Source of the DNA: an uncultured Bacillota bacterium
GTDB taxonomy: Bacteria > Bacillota > Clostridia > Christensenellales > QAND01
Assembly (NCBI GenBank): GCA_905208455.1
Contig: CAJLPK010000001.1
Span: forward strand, 72-64,071
Length of the DNA stretch: 64,000 bases
Direction: 5' to 3'
Shown: positions 10,922 through 19,706 of the stretch, piece by piece
How positions within the stretch are numbered: position 1 is the stretch's first letter
Layout of the letters: each line of letters opens with the position of its first letter
Program-made: the position numbers and the translations under genes
Notes under the pieces: generated by a model
Database searches by the model: none
What the model was told of the DNA's origin: nothing
Seen by the model: the letters and a program-made list of their open reading frames with translations, nothing else

Positions 10922-11540
10922 AACGACAACTTATCCGGCCAGAAGCAGCAGGCAAACAGGCCGCAGGAGAAAGCAGCGCAAGCTGTGGCAGCTGTGGGTT
11001 GTGCTGGGCCTTTCTATTATAATATTGGCACTGCTGGCACTTGTGGGGTATCCTTATGCAAAAAAGCTGGCCTATCCGCTGAAATATGAGGCATATATCA
11101 CCGAATACGCCCAAGCAAATGCGCTGGACCCGTATCTTGTATGCGGGGTGATTCATACGGAGAGCCATTTTGATATGGAGGCAGAGTCGCGGGTAGGCGC
11201 CATTGGCCTGATGCAGATCATGCCGGATACGGGAGAATGGATCGCAAAGAAGATGTCGATCAAGGATTATAGCCAAGCAAAGCTGAAAGATCCTGAAACC
11301 AACATTCGTATGGGATGCTGGTATTTGAAATATTTGATGGATAAGTTTGATGGAGATATGACCCTGGTTTTGGCTGGCTACAATGCGGGGCCAAACCGAG
11401 TGACCCAGTGGCTGGAGGATGAAAAGTATAGCCAGGATGGGAAATTAACGGACATTCCTTATCAAGAGACTGAGGAATATGTAAAGAAGGTACAAAATGC
11501 GAAAGAGATGTATGAATCCTATTATACGCTGGAGTCATAG
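10908..11540 (+). CDS. Membrane-anchored lytic transglycosylase (SLT domain)
   Basis: SLT motifs ES..F.....S..GA.GLMQIMP and AGYNAGP. N-terminal TM anchor. Start overlaps the coaE stop. Confidence 0.8.
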   Translation: MTKSKTTTYPARSSRQTGRRRKQRKLWQLWVVLGLSIIILALLALVGYPYAKKLAYPLKYEAYITEYAQANALDPYLVCGVIHTESHFDMEAESRVGAIGLMQIMPDTGEWIAKKMSIKDYSQAKLKDPETNIRMGCWYLKYLMDKFDGDMTLVLAGYNAGPNRVTQWLEDEKYSQDGKLTDIPYQETEEYVKKVQNAKEMYESYYTLES

Positions 11541-13146
11541 GCTCATCTGTGTATCGCTTTGCTGTCTGCTGATTTTGGCAGGCTGCGGCGGGCAGGAGAC
11601 AGCAGTGCCCAGCCCATCGCCTAGCGAAAGCCAATCACAGGCAACGCCTGTTTCGGGCGGCAGCATGACCATCGTAATGCCGAACAATGCCCCTCTGAAA
11701 CCGCTGGAAACAACACAAAGAGAGCTGGTGGATCTTTTTTCCTTGATCTACGATAGCCCGCTGCAATACGATGATACGCTGAAGCTTCAGCCTAATGTTG
11801 TGGAACGCTGGAGTTTATCGGAAGATGGGCTTACCTGGACCTTTGTATTACGGAAAGATGTGACCTATCACAATGGACAAACGGTAAAAGCCAAGGATGT
11901 TGTGGCTTGCATCAATGAACTGAAGAAGATAGATGCTGATGAAAACAGGGATTCGATCTATGCGGTGAATATGGATTTGATTGCATCGGCCGCTGCCGTG
12001 GATGATATAACCTTTACCATCACGGCTACGCAAAAGACAAACCGTGTGTTAGCGGCCCTGGTATTTCCAATTATACCGGACACAGCCATTGGCACTTCTT
12101 TACCGACGGGATGCGGCCCGTATAAGGTGGTCTCCAATGATTCGGGGAAAGTGATGGAGTTGGAGGCCAATGATTCTTGGTGGAAGCGCACCCCGTATCT
12201 TTCTAAAATTACGGTGAAAGGGATACAGGACCCTGATACAGCGCTGACGAGTATGGATGTGAACTTGGTAGACCTGGTGCATACAGATTCCTTGACAGCT
12301 TCCGGCTATAAACAGCCTGGCAGCCGTGATGTCTATGAGGTGATGACACAGGAATACGAATGTATCATTCCCAATTTGCAGAACTCAAAGATGCAGGATG
12401 TGCAGATGAGGCAAGCCATCATCGCTGCCTTGGATAGAAAGACCATCATTACCGAGACGTATCTATGGCATGCGGTTACGGTGGATGCGCCTGTGCCTCC
12501 GGATGCGTATTACTATGACCAAACGCAGCAGCAGCATGAATACAATCCAGGGAAGGCGACAACTTTGTTAGGGGAGCTTGGCTATCAGGATAGTGATGGC
12601 GATGGATTTTTAGATCAAAACGGACAAAAGCTTACGATGAATATCATTGTCAACGAAAATACCTTAAGCAGTGCGCGTGCCGATGCTGCGAAGGTAGCGG
12701 CGCAGCAGCTGCAAAAGATCGGGATTGATGCAACGGTGACAGTGATGACATGGTCGGATTATCAGATTGCGCTGCAGAATGGAAATTTTGATTTGGCGTT
12801 TGCAGGGTTCTCGATTCCGAAGGACGGTGATGTAAGCTTCTTACTGCATAGTACCAGAGGAAAATACAATTATGGCAGATACACTTCCGCCACGATGGAC
12901 TCATATTTGGATGAGCTTGCAGCTGCGGCTACGGAGGAGGAGGTAAAGGCTGCTTCTTCCAAAGTGCAGCATTTATGGAGCGATGAGCTTCCTATCATCA
13001 GCTTGTATTTTAAGACAAACTCCGTTGTATGCTCGGCAAAGATAAAGGGGATCCCCACCATGAGGGATATGGATATTTTTAAGGATATAGACCAATGGTA
13101 CATTTTGCAGCAGGGAGACGAAAACAAGGCCAATGCGCCGGAATGA
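11497..13146 (+). CDS. ABC transporter substrate-binding lipoprotein, family 5 (peptide/nickel type); orphan with no adjacent permease or ATPase
   Basis: Lipobox LAGCGG. Size is about 545 aa. SBP_bac_5-like pattern is present. Confidence 0.7.
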   Translation: MRKRCMNPIIRWSHRLICVSLCCLLILAGCGGQETAVPSPSPSESQSQATPVSGGSMTIVMPNNAPLKPLETTQRELVDLFSLIYDSPLQYDDTLKLQPNVVERWSLSEDGLTWTFVLRKDVTYHNGQTVKAKDVVACINELKKIDADENRDSIYAVNMDLIASAAAVDDITFTITATQKTNRVLAALVFPIIPDTAIGTSLPTGCGPYKVVSNDSGKVMELEANDSWWKRTPYLSKITVKGIQDPDTALTSMDVNLVDLVHTDSLTASGYKQPGSRDVYEVMTQEYECIIPNLQNSKMQDVQMRQAIIAALDRKTIITETYLWHAVTVDAPVPPDAYYYDQTQQQHEYNPGKATTLLGELGYQDSDGDGFLDQNGQKLTMNIIVNENTLSSARADAAKVAAQQLQKIGIDATVTVMTWSDYQIALQNGNFDLAFAGFSIPKDGDVSFLLHSTRGKYNYGRYTSATMDSYLDELAAAATEEEVKAASSKVQHLWSDELPIISLYFKTNSVVCSAKIKGIPTMRDMDIFKDIDQWYILQQGDENKANAPE

Positions 13147-13230
13147 TCCGCAGAGTTTGAGAAGAAGAGGTTGACTTTTATGTATTTTCCTCTATAATGA
13201 ATAGGTGACAATTTCTATTGTTTCCTATTT

Positions 13231-13315
13231 GCGAGAGTGCTGGAATAGGCAGACAGGCACGTTTGAGGGGCGTGTGTCGCAAGGCGTACGGGTTCAAGTC
13301 CCGTCTCTCGCACCA
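13231..13315 (+). tRNA. tRNA-Leu (anticodon GAG), type II, CCA encoded
   Basis: Acceptor stem GCGAGAG/CTCTCGC. Anticodon stem CACGT/GCGTG with loop TTGAGGG. Discriminator A73. 3' end is CCA. Confidence 0.85.
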
Positions 13316-13461
13316 AACCAATATAATCCGAACTTGTTTTCAATGGGAGATGGGTTCGGATTATTTGTTTTCTTTGGGTGTTACGAAACTACCTATTTTC
13401 GTAATGCGGTAAACGTAATCCTGTCTTTATCCAAACCAAGGGACCAATGTATTGGATAGAA

Positions 13462-13478
13462 TGTTGATTAAATCAACA
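13462..13478. promoter_or_regulatory. Perfect 8-1-8 palindrome TGTTGATT-A-AATCAACA, about 50 bp upstream of the SRA gene (candidate operator)
   Basis: Read directly from sequence. Overlaps a -10-like tagaat. Confidence 0.3.
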
Positions 13479-13527
13479 ATTTCGAAAATGTAGCAATCGT
13501 TCTATTCAGAGCTCAGGAGATAGAAAT

Positions 13528-14286
13528 ATGGAAATAATCGGATTAAAAGTGAAACACAGTGTTTTTGGCGTTGGTGTGATCGTCGAAAGGAACGATGACT
13601 ACATAACAGTAGAGTTTGCCACAAAAACCGGTAAGTTTATGTACCCAGATGCTTTTGAAAAGTTTATGAAAGTAGAAGATCCCGATATGCAGCTGGCAAT
13701 CGTGAATATCATCAAAAATTCAAAGGAGACCAATCAGAAACACCAGGATGAGGAAACTACATATAAAGTGACCGAGGAACAGCGTTGCATGGATCCCGCC
13801 GTGGTTGCACCAAAGACAGAGAAATCCAAAACGCTCAATGCAATGTTTGCACCGGATTATCATGTAGAGAAGATGGCCAGACACCCCATTTTTACCTATC
13901 GGCAGGTGGAGGCTCAGTTTGGAATTCGCATTTCTGGATTTGGTAGAGGCATCAATTCAACAGATAATACCGTAGTTTTGATTTCCTCTATCGGAAAAGC
14001 CAATGGAAATTTTGTGTATCACGATAAGTGGACTGTGGATGGTGATTACTTGTATTCTGGCGAAGGCAAAACCGGTGATCAGACTATGACCAAGGGAAAC
14101 CTCGCAATCAGAGATGCGGCGCGAAACGAGAAGAAAATTCACCTATTCATCAAGTTTTCTCCCCAGGAGTATTACTACCAGGGCGTCTTTGAGCTTGTTG
14201 ATTATACTTACGAAAACGATAAGGACAAGGACGGTGAAATCCGTAAGGAATACAAGTTCCGTCTGAGAAAAGTGAGCGGTGTATAA
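13528..14286 (+). CDS. SRA/YDG-domain protein (predicted modified-cytosine binding), no attached nuclease domain
   Basis: C-terminal 150 aa match the SRA pattern VVLISS..G.NFVYHDKWTVDGDYLYSGEGKTGDQ...GNLAI...KKIHLF...YYQGVFELVDY (compare UHRF1 SLVLAGGY.DD.D.G..FTYTGSGG...N.AL...VRVVR..YDGIYKVV). Gene GC is about 43% against roughly 56% for flanking DNA. Confidence 0.55.
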   Translation: MEIIGLKVKHSVFGVGVIVERNDDYITVEFATKTGKFMYPDAFEKFMKVEDPDMQLAIVNIIKNSKETNQKHQDEETTYKVTEEQRCMDPAVVAPKTEKSKTLNAMFAPDYHVEKMARHPIFTYRQVEAQFGIRISGFGRGINSTDNTVVLISSIGKANGNFVYHDKWTVDGDYLYSGEGKTGDQTMTKGNLAIRDAARNEKKIHLFIKFSPQEYYYQGVFELVDYTYENDKDKDGEIRKEYKFRLRKVSGV

Positions 14287-14506
14287 AAATACTTGAAGCA
14301 ACAGCCATGATTATCCGTTACAATGACAAAATTTTTATATGCCAACGCCCTGCATATAAAAACTGTGAGCAGTTATGAGAATTTCTCAGAGTGCATCGAG
14401 TGCGTGCATCAGGAAGAACTGGGGTTACACTATGCGTGGAGCGTGAGCTTATAGATCTCCTACATGAATATAGAGCGGTTTCATAGCATGAGAAGTATGA
14501 GGCAAA

Positions 14507-14545
14507 AAGCGTTGCCATGCGCCAGCATGGCAACGCCTGTCTTTT
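14507..14545 (+). terminator. Rho-independent terminator
   Basis: Hairpin gcgttgccatg-cgccag-catggcaacgc followed by ctgtctttt. Confidence 0.6.
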
Positions 14546-14633
14546 GCGATGGCCTCATCCTAAAATAGAGACGCATTGATCTGTATTCGCTTTGGTGCTT
14601 TTGCTCAAATAGACCGTAAGATCCCCCATCCGA

Positions 14634-15107
14634 TCATGCCTTGGCAGCAAATTCGGTCAGGTCTTTTTTCGATACATGATTTAGCATCTGGCCAGGCATC
14701 CATTTGGTCGTCTGGGCACAAAGCGGTTTCAATACTTCTAAAGTTTTCCCAAACCCACTTCCACCGGAGGTGGCAAAGGGAAGAATGGTTTTTCCGGAAA
14801 AATCATAGCTTTCTAAAAAGGTATGGATAATGGTGGGTGCAGTATACCACCAGATGGGGAATCCTAAGAAAATAGTGTCATAATCGGCTATATTGCCCAA
14901 ACCCTCGGCGATTTCGGGACGGGAATGAGGATCCTTCATTTCAAGAGAGCTGCGGCTGCGCGTATCCCTCCAGTCTAGATCAGCATTTGTATAGGGATGA
15001 ATAGGCTTGATTTCAAATAGATCGGCCCCAGCGGCCTGGGCAAGCTGTTTGGCAATATTCCTTGTAACGCCGGTGGCGGAAAAGTAGGCAACGAGTTTTT
15101 GGGTCAT
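14634..15107 (-). CDS. Flavodoxin
   Basis: N-terminal KLVAYFSATGVTRNIAKQLA FMN-binding motif. Also PIWWYTAP and SGGSGFG motifs. 157 aa. Confidence 0.8.
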   Translation of the reverse strand: MTQKLVAYFSATGVTRNIAKQLAQAAGADLFEIKPIHPYTNADLDWRDTRSRSSLEMKDPHSRPEIAEGLGNIADYDTIFLGFPIWWYTAPTIIHTFLESYDFSGKTILPFATSGGSGFGKTLEVLKPLCAQTTKWMPGQMLNHVSKKDLTEFAAKA

Positions 15108-15797
15108 ACGCTTATATCCTCCTTATAAGTTGAAATAATATGTATCAGAAACAGGCTTTCACCATTGGTTGGCCGTTTGTTCTCCAGGTATCTCAACGGC
15201 AATATGGCCAAACCAGCAGCCTTAGCCCCCTGCCAACGTAAAGCGTTGACAGGGATGGAAACGACCATGGAGAGATAGCCTGCCTGCCTTCTTTTTGGTA
15301 CCATCCTTTTCCAGCCGTGCAGATCAGAATTTGACCGCCTCCGCTTTTGATATGGCGGATAGCCAATGATTGCGGCAACCCGGCTCAAAGGTCACATTGG
15401 CAAGAAAGGCTGCATTGGCCTTCGGGCCCATCAAGGGAAGGAGCAAGGATAATACTGTGCATAGGCATCGTTAGGCATACCCAACCCAAAGATATTCTGC
15501 GCACTAAATTGCTCTTTGCTTTGAAATTTTCTTTTGCCACCTCCGGAAAGGGCATTGCTCAGCTTTGTTTCCCATCATTGCAGGACTGCATCAGCGGATA
15601 ATGCAGAGAATCCACACGATCCAACAGATGTTCTTTTCGATGTATTTCAGCAAGAAAATCCGTCCTTCGCCGTTCCAGCATTTGGAAGCGTTGCTGGACG
15701 GTACAACGGTTGGCAGGGAAGAGATTTGATGAAAAAATAGAGGCCCAGAAACCGAGACATCCAAAGTATAATGCATCGCAAGGGATAAGGCCAATGC
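15108..15797 (-). pseudogene. Decayed region with no intact ORF; contains a stop-truncated LysR-like HTH fragment (…NRCTVQQRFQMLERRRTDFLAEIHRKEHLL…)
   Basis: Only short overlapping ORFs in all six frames. A minus-frame open stretch of about 92 codons resembles a LysR N-terminal HTH and ends in a stop. Confidence 0.3.
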
Positions 15798-16685
15798 TTA
15801 TTTCTCATTGATAGAAATACGGTTTATGTATTCCTTGGAAAATTCCACAAAGGCATGAACAGCGGGCGACATCATCTGGTTTTTCTTCCAGGCCAATACC
15901 GTATGGCTTTCCAGTTTTGGAGACAGGGGAATGTAATGCATCCCGTTGTAATGGCAATCTAGCCGGAGATTCAGAAAGACCCCAATGCCTTGACGCCCCA
16001 TAGAGGCCAGATTATAGGGAAGGTTTCCGCTGGCAACGATATGCAACTGCTCAGGCTCTTTTCCCAGCCAGTGCAAAAGCTCCTGTTGAATGAGATCGCG
16101 GCGCGTCAAAATAAGAGGTCTGTTGACGAGATCGCCAGGTACGATACATTCCTTTTCTGCCAAATCGGAACGCTCCGAGACAAGGACGCCCCATTCCTCA
16201 CAGATGGGGCTGCGGATAAACTCATACTTGCCGACCTCCACAGGCTCCAACAAAAAGCCGATATCCAAAAGCCCCTGCTCGATACACTCTTTGATATTGT
16301 CGGAATTGCCGCTGTATACCTCATATTGAATGGCGGGGTGCCGATGATGAAAGGCAGCGAGAATCTCCGCGAGCAAGCGGCTGTTTTGGTATTCGCCGCT
16401 GCCAATGGCGAGCGTACCGCTCAGCTCAGCTTTTTGCTTAAGCTCACACTTGGTTTTTTCGGCCAGGGAGACAAGCTCTTGCGCCCGCCGTTTCAAAAGT
16501 AGCCCTTGCTCGGTCAAGGTGATATTATGGCTGTTTCTGATAAATAATTTTGTGCCAAGCTCTGCCTCCAGCTGCATCATTTGACGGGATAAAGTCGGCT
16601 GGGTAACATGAAGCAGTGCTGCTGCCTTGGTGATGTTTTCTTCTCTGGCGATTGTCAGAAAATAGCTTAAAACTCGAAGCTCCAA
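15798..16685 (-). CDS. LysR-family transcriptional regulator
   Basis: N-terminal HTH ELRVLSYFLTIAREENITKAAALLHVTQPTLSRQMMQLE. Start chosen at TTG 16685 after RBS AGGAGG; the track ORF is extended upstream to 16808. Confidence 0.8.
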   Translation of the reverse strand: MELRVLSYFLTIAREENITKAAALLHVTQPTLSRQMMQLEAELGTKLFIRNSHNITLTEQGLLLKRRAQELVSLAEKTKCELKQKAELSGTLAIGSGEYQNSRLLAEILAAFHHRHPAIQYEVYSGNSDNIKECIEQGLLDIGFLLEPVEVGKYEFIRSPICEEWGVLVSERSDLAEKECIVPGDLVNRPLILTRRDLIQQELLHWLGKEPEQLHIVASGNLPYNLASMGRQGIGVFLNLRLDCHYNGMHYIPLSPKLESHTVLAWKKNQMMSPAVHAFVEFSKEYINRISINEK

Positions 16686-16813
16686 AAAAGCACCTCCTGA
16701 CTTTAGTAGAACACATTTGTCCCTTCTTTTCAATACGAAAGCGCAGAGAAGGAGAGATGGAGAGAGCACGAATGGAAAGCCGCATATTGATGTATGCGGC
16801 TTTCTCAAGAAAG

Positions 16814-18949
16814 TCAGTGTAATAAGATACGATTGAGCCTTGCGCCTAAGCGGCTGAGGAGCTCATTGGAAATTGTACCAGCTTGTTCCGCCAATTCCGC
16901 AGCGGAGAGGGAGAGCGGCCCGGAAGCGCCGATGAGTACCGCTGTATCGCCGGCGGAGACCTGGGGGATGTCCGTAACATCCACGATGGTTTGATCCATG
17001 CATATTTTCCCCAGGATGGGCGCCTTTTGCCCATGGAGCAGCACATACCCGCGGCCGTCGGACAGGCTGCGCGGCAGCCCATCCGCATACCCGATGGCAA
17101 TCGTAGCGATTTTCATAGTACGGCCGGCGGTAAAGGAAAAACCATATCCAGCAGACTCCTCCGCATACAACGGCTTTACGGTGGCTACACGCGCCTTGAG
17201 GGATAAAACCGGCTGTAGCCGGCATGCGCAGGCATCGGTATCCGCTTGCGTGCTCAAAATACCGTATAGCGCGATACCAACGCGTGCATAGTCTCCCCCT
17301 AATTCAGGATAATTCAGCACGCCGTAGCTGGCCAGCAGATGGGCATAGGGACAGGGCAGGCCACGTTTTTTTAGTTCACGAAGCACAGACTGAAAGGCCA
17401 TGGACTGCACCTTGGTAAAGGCCTTGCAGCGGGGTGAGAGGGAATCATCGGCGGAAAGATGCGTGAAGATGCCGTCGATCTGCAGCTGTTTGCGGGCAAA
17501 CAGCGATGCGATCTGGTCTATATTTTCGCTGCGCTCTCCTAGACGATGCATGCCGGTATCTATTCCGATATGGACATGCAGCTTTTTTCCATACGCACAC
17601 AAGCTCTCTGCATATGCGCTGTCTATGACTGTTTGGGATAAACGGTAGCGGTGCAGGAGATAGGCTTGCGAAGGATGCGTGTAGCCGAGAATGAGAATTT
17701 CTCCAGAAATCCCGTTTTTTCGGAGCTCGATCCCCTCATGAAGGCTGGCTACACAGAAATGCCGGATGCCTAGGCGCTGCAATTCTTTACAGATGGGTAC
17801 AGAGCCATGCCCATAAGCATTGGCCTTGACAGCAGGCATCAGCTGACAGGAACGGGGAAGCCTGCTTTGCAGGAGCGCAAGATTATGGGCAAGGGCTTGG
17901 CTGTCCAATTCTATCCAGGCTCTTCCTTTTGAAAAGGAGGGCCGGGGCTGCGGCAGAACGAGAGTGATCAAATAAGCAGCACCCAGCGAAGCAAGGGAGA
18001 CAACGGCGAAATGGAGCAGGCTTTGCTCGACAAGCAAGGGAACCAAGTGCAGTGCCTTGGCAGATGCCCGGACCAATACGATAACGGCGGGGTGAAGGAG
18101 ATAGATCCAGGCGGCGATGTCGCGGATTCTATGACAGGCCGGACGTTGCCAGGACAGCACAAGCTGATAGAGAAAGACCATGACAGGAAGCAAGCAAAGA
18201 TACATGCTGTCGTGCCGCGGCCATCCAAGATGGCGCAACAGAAAGGCTTCGGCCGTCATAGCAAACAGCGAGAGACAAAGGCCTGCGGCGGATTTAGAAC
18301 GATTGACAGCAGGCATCGTGGTTCCGGGGGACAGCAAAGCGCCCAGGACAAGAAAGGCAGGCGCAAAAAACAATCCGTTTCGCGTATAGGAAAAGAGTTG
18401 GAACCCGCCTTGATAAAGGGCATCCAGCAGGGGGACAGACTGGGTTAAGCCATAGTAACTGTCGCCCAAAAGCCCGATTAGATACAGAATCAGAGAAATG
18501 GACAGAGAGCCGCCTAGAGAGAGCTTTCGGCTCATCAAGTAGACAAGGCAAAGGCCAATCAGGCAGGCAGGGAAATACCAAAGGTGGTAAAAGGTACCGT
18601 CGAACAGCAAGAGACGCAGAGCGCCGCCCAGGGTAAGCGCTTGATAGTGCCCGCCATACAGGCCAATGGGAAAATACAATACGATGGCGACGCCATAGAG
18701 CAGAGAGAGCCTTTTTAGAGATTTGACAAGGACGGGCCGGGCATCTCCCGATTGATAAAAGCGGGAAACGGTGAACTGTCCTGTGACCATAAAGAAAAAC
18801 GGGACAGCGACCCTGGCCAAAACACGGGTAAGAAAGAAATCTGCTTCTGTGCCAAAACAGGTAAGCGGCGAGGTATGGATTGCAATGACGAGAAAAGCGG
18901 CGGCCAATCGAAACGCATCAAGCCCCCCGTAATTCCGTTTTGCGTGCAT
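16814..18949 (-). CDS. vanT: VanT-type membrane-bound serine/alanine racemase
   Basis: N-terminal acyltransferase-3-like polytopic membrane domain. C-terminal PLP alanine-racemase domain (AVKANAYGHG). About 711 aa. Last gene of the van cluster. Confidence 0.85.
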   Translation of the reverse strand: MHAKRNYGGLDAFRLAAAFLVIAIHTSPLTCFGTEADFFLTRVLARVAVPFFFMVTGQFTVSRFYQSGDARPVLVKSLKRLSLLYGVAIVLYFPIGLYGGHYQALTLGGALRLLLFDGTFYHLWYFPACLIGLCLVYLMSRKLSLGGSLSISLILYLIGLLGDSYYGLTQSVPLLDALYQGGFQLFSYTRNGLFFAPAFLVLGALLSPGTTMPAVNRSKSAAGLCLSLFAMTAEAFLLRHLGWPRHDSMYLCLLPVMVFLYQLVLSWQRPACHRIRDIAAWIYLLHPAVIVLVRASAKALHLVPLLVEQSLLHFAVVSLASLGAAYLITLVLPQPRPSFSKGRAWIELDSQALAHNLALLQSRLPRSCQLMPAVKANAYGHGSVPICKELQRLGIRHFCVASLHEGIELRKNGISGEILILGYTHPSQAYLLHRYRLSQTVIDSAYAESLCAYGKKLHVHIGIDTGMHRLGERSENIDQIASLFARKQLQIDGIFTHLSADDSLSPRCKAFTKVQSMAFQSVLRELKKRGLPCPYAHLLASYGVLNYPELGGDYARVGIALYGILSTQADTDACACRLQPVLSLKARVATVKPLYAEESAGYGFSFTAGRTMKIATIAIGYADGLPRSLSDGRGYVLLHGQKAPILGKICMDQTIVDVTDIPQVSAGDTAVLIGASGPLSLSAAELAEQAGTISNELLSRLGARLNRILLH

Positions 18950-19706
18950 GGGTTTGCCTCCATTCCGTTAAGATAAATCCGTCAGTATTATTGCCGGAGA
19001 TGCTATATGGGGCGGCGCCGTCGATCTCCAGGCAGGTAGGGGTGCTTAGGTCTGCTTGCAGATAGGAGACCAGAACCTCCTGGCCGCCGCAAAGGATATG
19101 ATAAGCGGCCTGTCCATGGCGGTACTGCTTGATGAAGGCAAGATATTCTTCCAGCACTAGATGGTTCTGCTCCATGATCTTGGCATGCGGCACGCCGACA
19201 TAGCGAAAGTGCCATGGCTCGTGCGCGATGCCGGTAATGTGCTCTTTGCCTGCCGGATAGCGCTCTATAAACCCGTAGTCCGCTGCTTTGCGGCGGAAGG
19301 TTTGGCAAAGGCCGCTGTAAGGGAACTCTGGACGGATAAAATCAATATGAGCCTGTTTTTGCCCAAGGTCGATGGCGAGCCCGGTCTGGTGCTCGCTGTG
19401 GCCTGGCAGGGCCACGTATTTTTGGGTAAAGGCCAACCCGTTGTCCCGGATCGAATCGTCCCAGATCTGCTGCTGCTCAGCCTGCGCCCGCCAGCCGCTG
19501 ACAGGGACGATGTGCCGCCAGCCTTGGAAAGAATCCATCAAGCTGGAAAGAAGAACCGCGGCTCTGCGCTGCAGGCAAACGGAAGGATAGTGCTCCAGCA
19601 CAGGGACCAGGTGAGACTGGGGATCTGGGCGATAGCCGGCCTCAGCGTTGACGAGGATTAGGCTGCCGGTATGGATCTCATTTCGGGAGAGCAGAAGCGT
19701 TTTCAT
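18918..19706 (-). CDS. vanXY: VanXY-type D,D-dipeptidase/D,D-carboxypeptidase
   Basis: VanY/VanXY-like zinc peptidase motifs (SEHQTGLAIDL, EPWHFRY). Lies between the ligase and racemase genes, as in vanG and vanC operons. Confidence 0.8.
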   Translation of the reverse strand: MKTLLLSRNEIHTGSLILVNAEAGYRPDPQSHLVPVLEHYPSVCLQRRAAVLLSSLMDSFQGWRHIVPVSGWRAQAEQQQIWDDSIRDNGLAFTQKYVALPGHSEHQTGLAIDLGQKQAHIDFIRPEFPYSGLCQTFRRKAADYGFIERYPAGKEHITGIAHEPWHFRYVGVPHAKIMEQNHLVLEEYLAFIKQYRHGQAAYHILCGGQEVLVSYLQADLSTPTCLEIDGAAPYSISGNNTDGFILTEWRQTHARKTELRGA

